Position numbers and translations under genes: made by a program. The notes beneath the pieces were generated by a model. That model searched no databases and had not been told where the DNA came from. It was given only the letters and a program-made list of their open reading frames with translations. From positions 1 to 64,000 of IMG/VR virus record IMGVR_UViG_3300027816_000052: a stretch of 64,000 bases of DNA. One strand, 5' to 3'. Below, piece after piece: positions 61,596 through 64,000 of this stretch (positions within the stretch are counted from its first letter, which is position 1; each line of letters starts with the position of its first letter).

Positions 61596-63023
61596 ATGAA
61601 AAAAATAGAACCAACAAAAGAACAAGTAGAAGAAATGCTACATTTATATAATGTCGAGTTACTTGGTTCTCCGACAATAGCGGAAAAAATGGGGCTATCA
61701 AAACCAACTGTAATACGTATCCTAAAAGAAAATGGTGCTAAGTTTGGACCGTCTGGTAGAAAATTTAAAGGGGGTAAATCAGTTTCCGATAAAAAATACC
61801 GAACTAAAAAAGAAGTTGTTGATAGAATAAAAAGTTATTTTAAAAATTGGTCAAAAGAAAACAAAGAACATTTAAATGAATATTGTAAAAATTGGACTGA
61901 AAAAAACATAGAAAGGGTAAGAGCAAAAAAAGCCCAATATGAGCGAGAGAAAAAAGCAAAAGACCCCAAATACAAAATATCCAGCGTATTTAGAACCGCA
62001 CTATATACAGCGTTAAAAGAAAAGGATATTCTTAAAGATAAAAAATGTTTTGAGTTATTAGGTTACACTAAAAATGATTTAATAAAACATTTAACTAAAT
62101 TACTAGAACCCGGAATGACCTTAGAAAATTATGGTGAGTGGCATATCGATCATATAATTCCAATATCTAAATTTAATTACACCTCAACGCAAGATGATGA
62201 ATTTAAGGAATGTTGGTCATTAAGTAATTTAAAACCCATGTGGGGTCCAGAAAACATTAGTAAGAGTGATAAGATTATTGCGCATCAATATAAAATAAGA
62301 CAACAAAAAGAAATCGAACAACAAAATGCAATTGATTTTAATATTACAAAAGTAAGTTTAAAGAATTGTGAAATTAGACAGATAACTAGAAAAGAATGTG
62401 AACCAATCATAAATGAATATGAATGGTTAGGTTATCTTCCAAGATATACAAATTATTATTTTGGTATTTTCTTTAAGATTGACGATAGAGAAATTCTTGG
62501 GGGTGTTGTCGCATATCAACCCGAATATGGTGAGAATATGGGGGTATGGGATAAATATGGTTATACGGGTAAAATAATACAATTAAGCAGAGGTGTTTGT
62601 CTTTGGTGGACACCAAAAAATACAGCATCTTTCTTTATTACAAGAACAAATGAATGGTTAAAAAAGAATACACACTATAAGGTAGTTACAGCAACCGTGG
62701 ACTCTTCCGCTGGTGAAATTGGTACTATATATCAATCAATGAATTGGTATTATGTTGGTACGTTTGGTGGTAATATAACAAAAACCGGTAAAGAGAGAAT
62801 TCGTTATGGTTATATTATAAATGGTAAGACATACAATCAAAGACATATAAGAAGTATGATTGGTACAGCAAAAAAAGAAAATGTGTTAAAGCATTTTCCA
62901 GATGTTAAAATGGTTAATTTGGGTAGGAAAAAAAGATATTTTACTTTCTTAGGTAATAAGAAAGAAAACGAAGAACTATTCAAACCAATAAAAAATTTAA
63001 TTAAGGAATATCCGAAACGATAA
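61596..63023 (+). CDS. HTH + HNH endonuclease + Mom-like GNAT fusion
   Basis: SPTIAEKMGLSKPTVIRIL; WHIDHIIPIS...NLKPMW...N; IIQLSRGV...TASFFI...DSSAGEIGTIYQSMNWYYVG. Start re-called at MKKIEP. Confidence 0.7.
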   Translation: MKKIEPTKEQVEEMLHLYNVELLGSPTIAEKMGLSKPTVIRILKENGAKFGPSGRKFKGGKSVSDKKYRTKKEVVDRIKSYFKNWSKENKEHLNEYCKNWTEKNIERVRAKKAQYEREKKAKDPKYKISSVFRTALYTALKEKDILKDKKCFELLGYTKNDLIKHLTKLLEPGMTLENYGEWHIDHIIPISKFNYTSTQDDEFKECWSLSNLKPMWGPENISKSDKIIAHQYKIRQQKEIEQQNAIDFNITKVSLKNCEIRQITRKECEPIINEYEWLGYLPRYTNYYFGIFFKIDDREILGGVVAYQPEYGENMGVWDKYGYTGKIIQLSRGVCLWWTPKNTASFFITRTNEWLKKNTHYKVVTATVDSSAGEIGTIYQSMNWYYVGTFGGNITKTGKERIRYGYIINGKTYNQRHIRSMIGTAKKENVLKHFPDVKMVNLGRKKRYFTFLGNKKENEELFKPIKNLIKEYPKR

Positions 63024-63025
63024 TA

Positions 63026-63268
63026 TTACCAAATTATTTTTTTCCAATCATCAATAAGTTTTTTTCTTTTTTCTTGGTCAATTCCAAGACTTTTTAAATC
63101 GTCCTCAATTTTTTGAACTAGTGTTGTTCTTTGTTCAATGATATTATCAACACCACCACCAAATGAAATTACCTTTCCAATTTTTGTTACATTAGATAAA
63201 ACTTCATGGTATTCTTGGGATGTTAATCCGGTTAAATGAAAGTTTGCTTGATATAATTGTTCACTCAT
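63026..63268 (-). CDS. Hypothetical protein
   Basis: 80-aa ORF. Confidence 0.55.
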   Translation of the reverse strand: MSEQLYQANFHLTGLTSQEYHEVLSNVTKIGKVISFGGGVDNIIEQRTTLVQKIEDDLKSLGIDQEKRKKLIDDWKKIIW

Positions 63269-63473
63269 TGGTCATTATATATCTTAAAGCTTTGGATACA
63301 ACTTCACTCTCCTCAAGAGAAAAGACTCCTCTTGAGTGTGCTGCTTTTATTGCTTGATTTAAACAATAAATTGCTTGTTCATTTGTCATTCCATTTGAAA
63401 AAGCATCCAAATCATTATTTGAATAATAATTTATTGAATTAAATAACGTACCTATTGGTGTTTTTTCTTCCAT
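63261..63473 (-). CDS. Hypothetical protein
   Basis: 70 aa; LFNSINY...GVFSLEESEVVSKALR. Confidence 0.65.
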   Translation of the reverse strand: MEEKTPIGTLFNSINYYSNNDLDAFSNGMTNEQAIYCLNQAIKAAHSRGVFSLEESEVVSKALRYIMTNE

Positions 63474-63532
63474 TTTTATTTAAATATATAAAAATTTATC
63501 TCGCATTCAAGATATTTATTGTAAAAACTTTT

Positions 63533-64000
63533 ATGAAAGTTAAAAAAGAAATAATTTTTAGATTTTTGGATTTAAGATTTAGTCGATATACGTTGGTTAA
63601 ATCAAAATGTTCTGTTACTGGTGATTTGAGTTTTATCGTACCAGCTTGGGCAATGTATGCAATTGAATGCGGTAATTACGAGACATTAAGTGAAGAGGAA
63701 ATTGAAAGTCTTAATGATTTTTTGGATGATTTGGTTAAAACTTATGGTAATGCTGTGTTAGCTTTTGGGGATGAATCATATTTTTCAACAATCAATGATA
63801 TTGATAATTTAGGTGGTGACGTTTTTCAGGCTAGTTTAGTTCCAAGTGTAGTAAATACCTATATTGTGGATTTAAATAACGATAAATTAATAATGAAACA
63901 CGAATTTAAAAGTAATTATGTTTTTTTTAAGGATATAATATTTGAAATGAATTCTATTTTTAGTTTAAAAGAAGACGATTACAATTCACTTAGAGAAATT
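63533..64000 (+). CDS. Hypothetical protein, 3'-truncated by the window edge
   Basis: MKVKKEIIF... open to the end of the window; ATATTTAT at 63512. Confidence 0.55.
   Translation, partial: MKVKKEIIFRFLDLRFSRYTLVKSKCSVTGDLSFIVPAWAMYAIECGNYETLSEEEIESLNDFLDDLVKTYGNAVLAFGDESYFSTINDIDNLGGDVFQASLVPSVVNTYIVDLNNDKLIMKHEFKSNYVFFKDIIFEMNSIFSLKEDDYNSLREI

Noticed and set aside
1-64000. Stop-codon reassignment (code 15 or 4) as seen in some Bacteroidota jumbo phages
   Set aside because: Conserved genes are intact in code 11, TAG (622), TGA (8766) and TAA all end genes, and no suppressor tRNA was found.

Overview
The window is 64 kb of an AT-rich, T4-like (myovirus-type) jumbo phage genome in the standard genetic code. 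The host is almost certainly Bacteroidota: more than 10 TTG-N19/20-TAnnTTTG promoters, T9SS-type cargo proteins and a Bacteroidota-type lipoprotein point that way. It carries the head-morphogenesis block (terminase, intein-containing portal, prohead protease, scaffold, major capsid), tail-fibre-like genes and lysis candidates. It also encodes a tmRNA with a 21-codon tag and 23 tRNAs (one degenerate) covering all 20 amino acids. Most notable observations: (1) a ClpC-like ATPase broken in its Walker A motif by an apparently naturally, atypically split intein (24-aa IntN, 133-aa IntC, on two adjacent genes); (2) tRNA operons interleaved with about a dozen non-tRNA structured RNAs, including a tmRNA-like alanyl-acceptor RNA with no mRNA domain and two tRNA-shaped RNAs with large structured insertions; (3) phage-encoded T9SS cargo and a densely O-glycosylatable mini-lipoprotein; (4) a family of LRR-like proteins with variable concave-face residues sharing a putative capsid-targeting leader; (5) a nucleotidyltransferase-M23-PG-binding-lysozyme fusion. 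All calls come from reading motifs and base pairing by eye; no database search or folding program was run.
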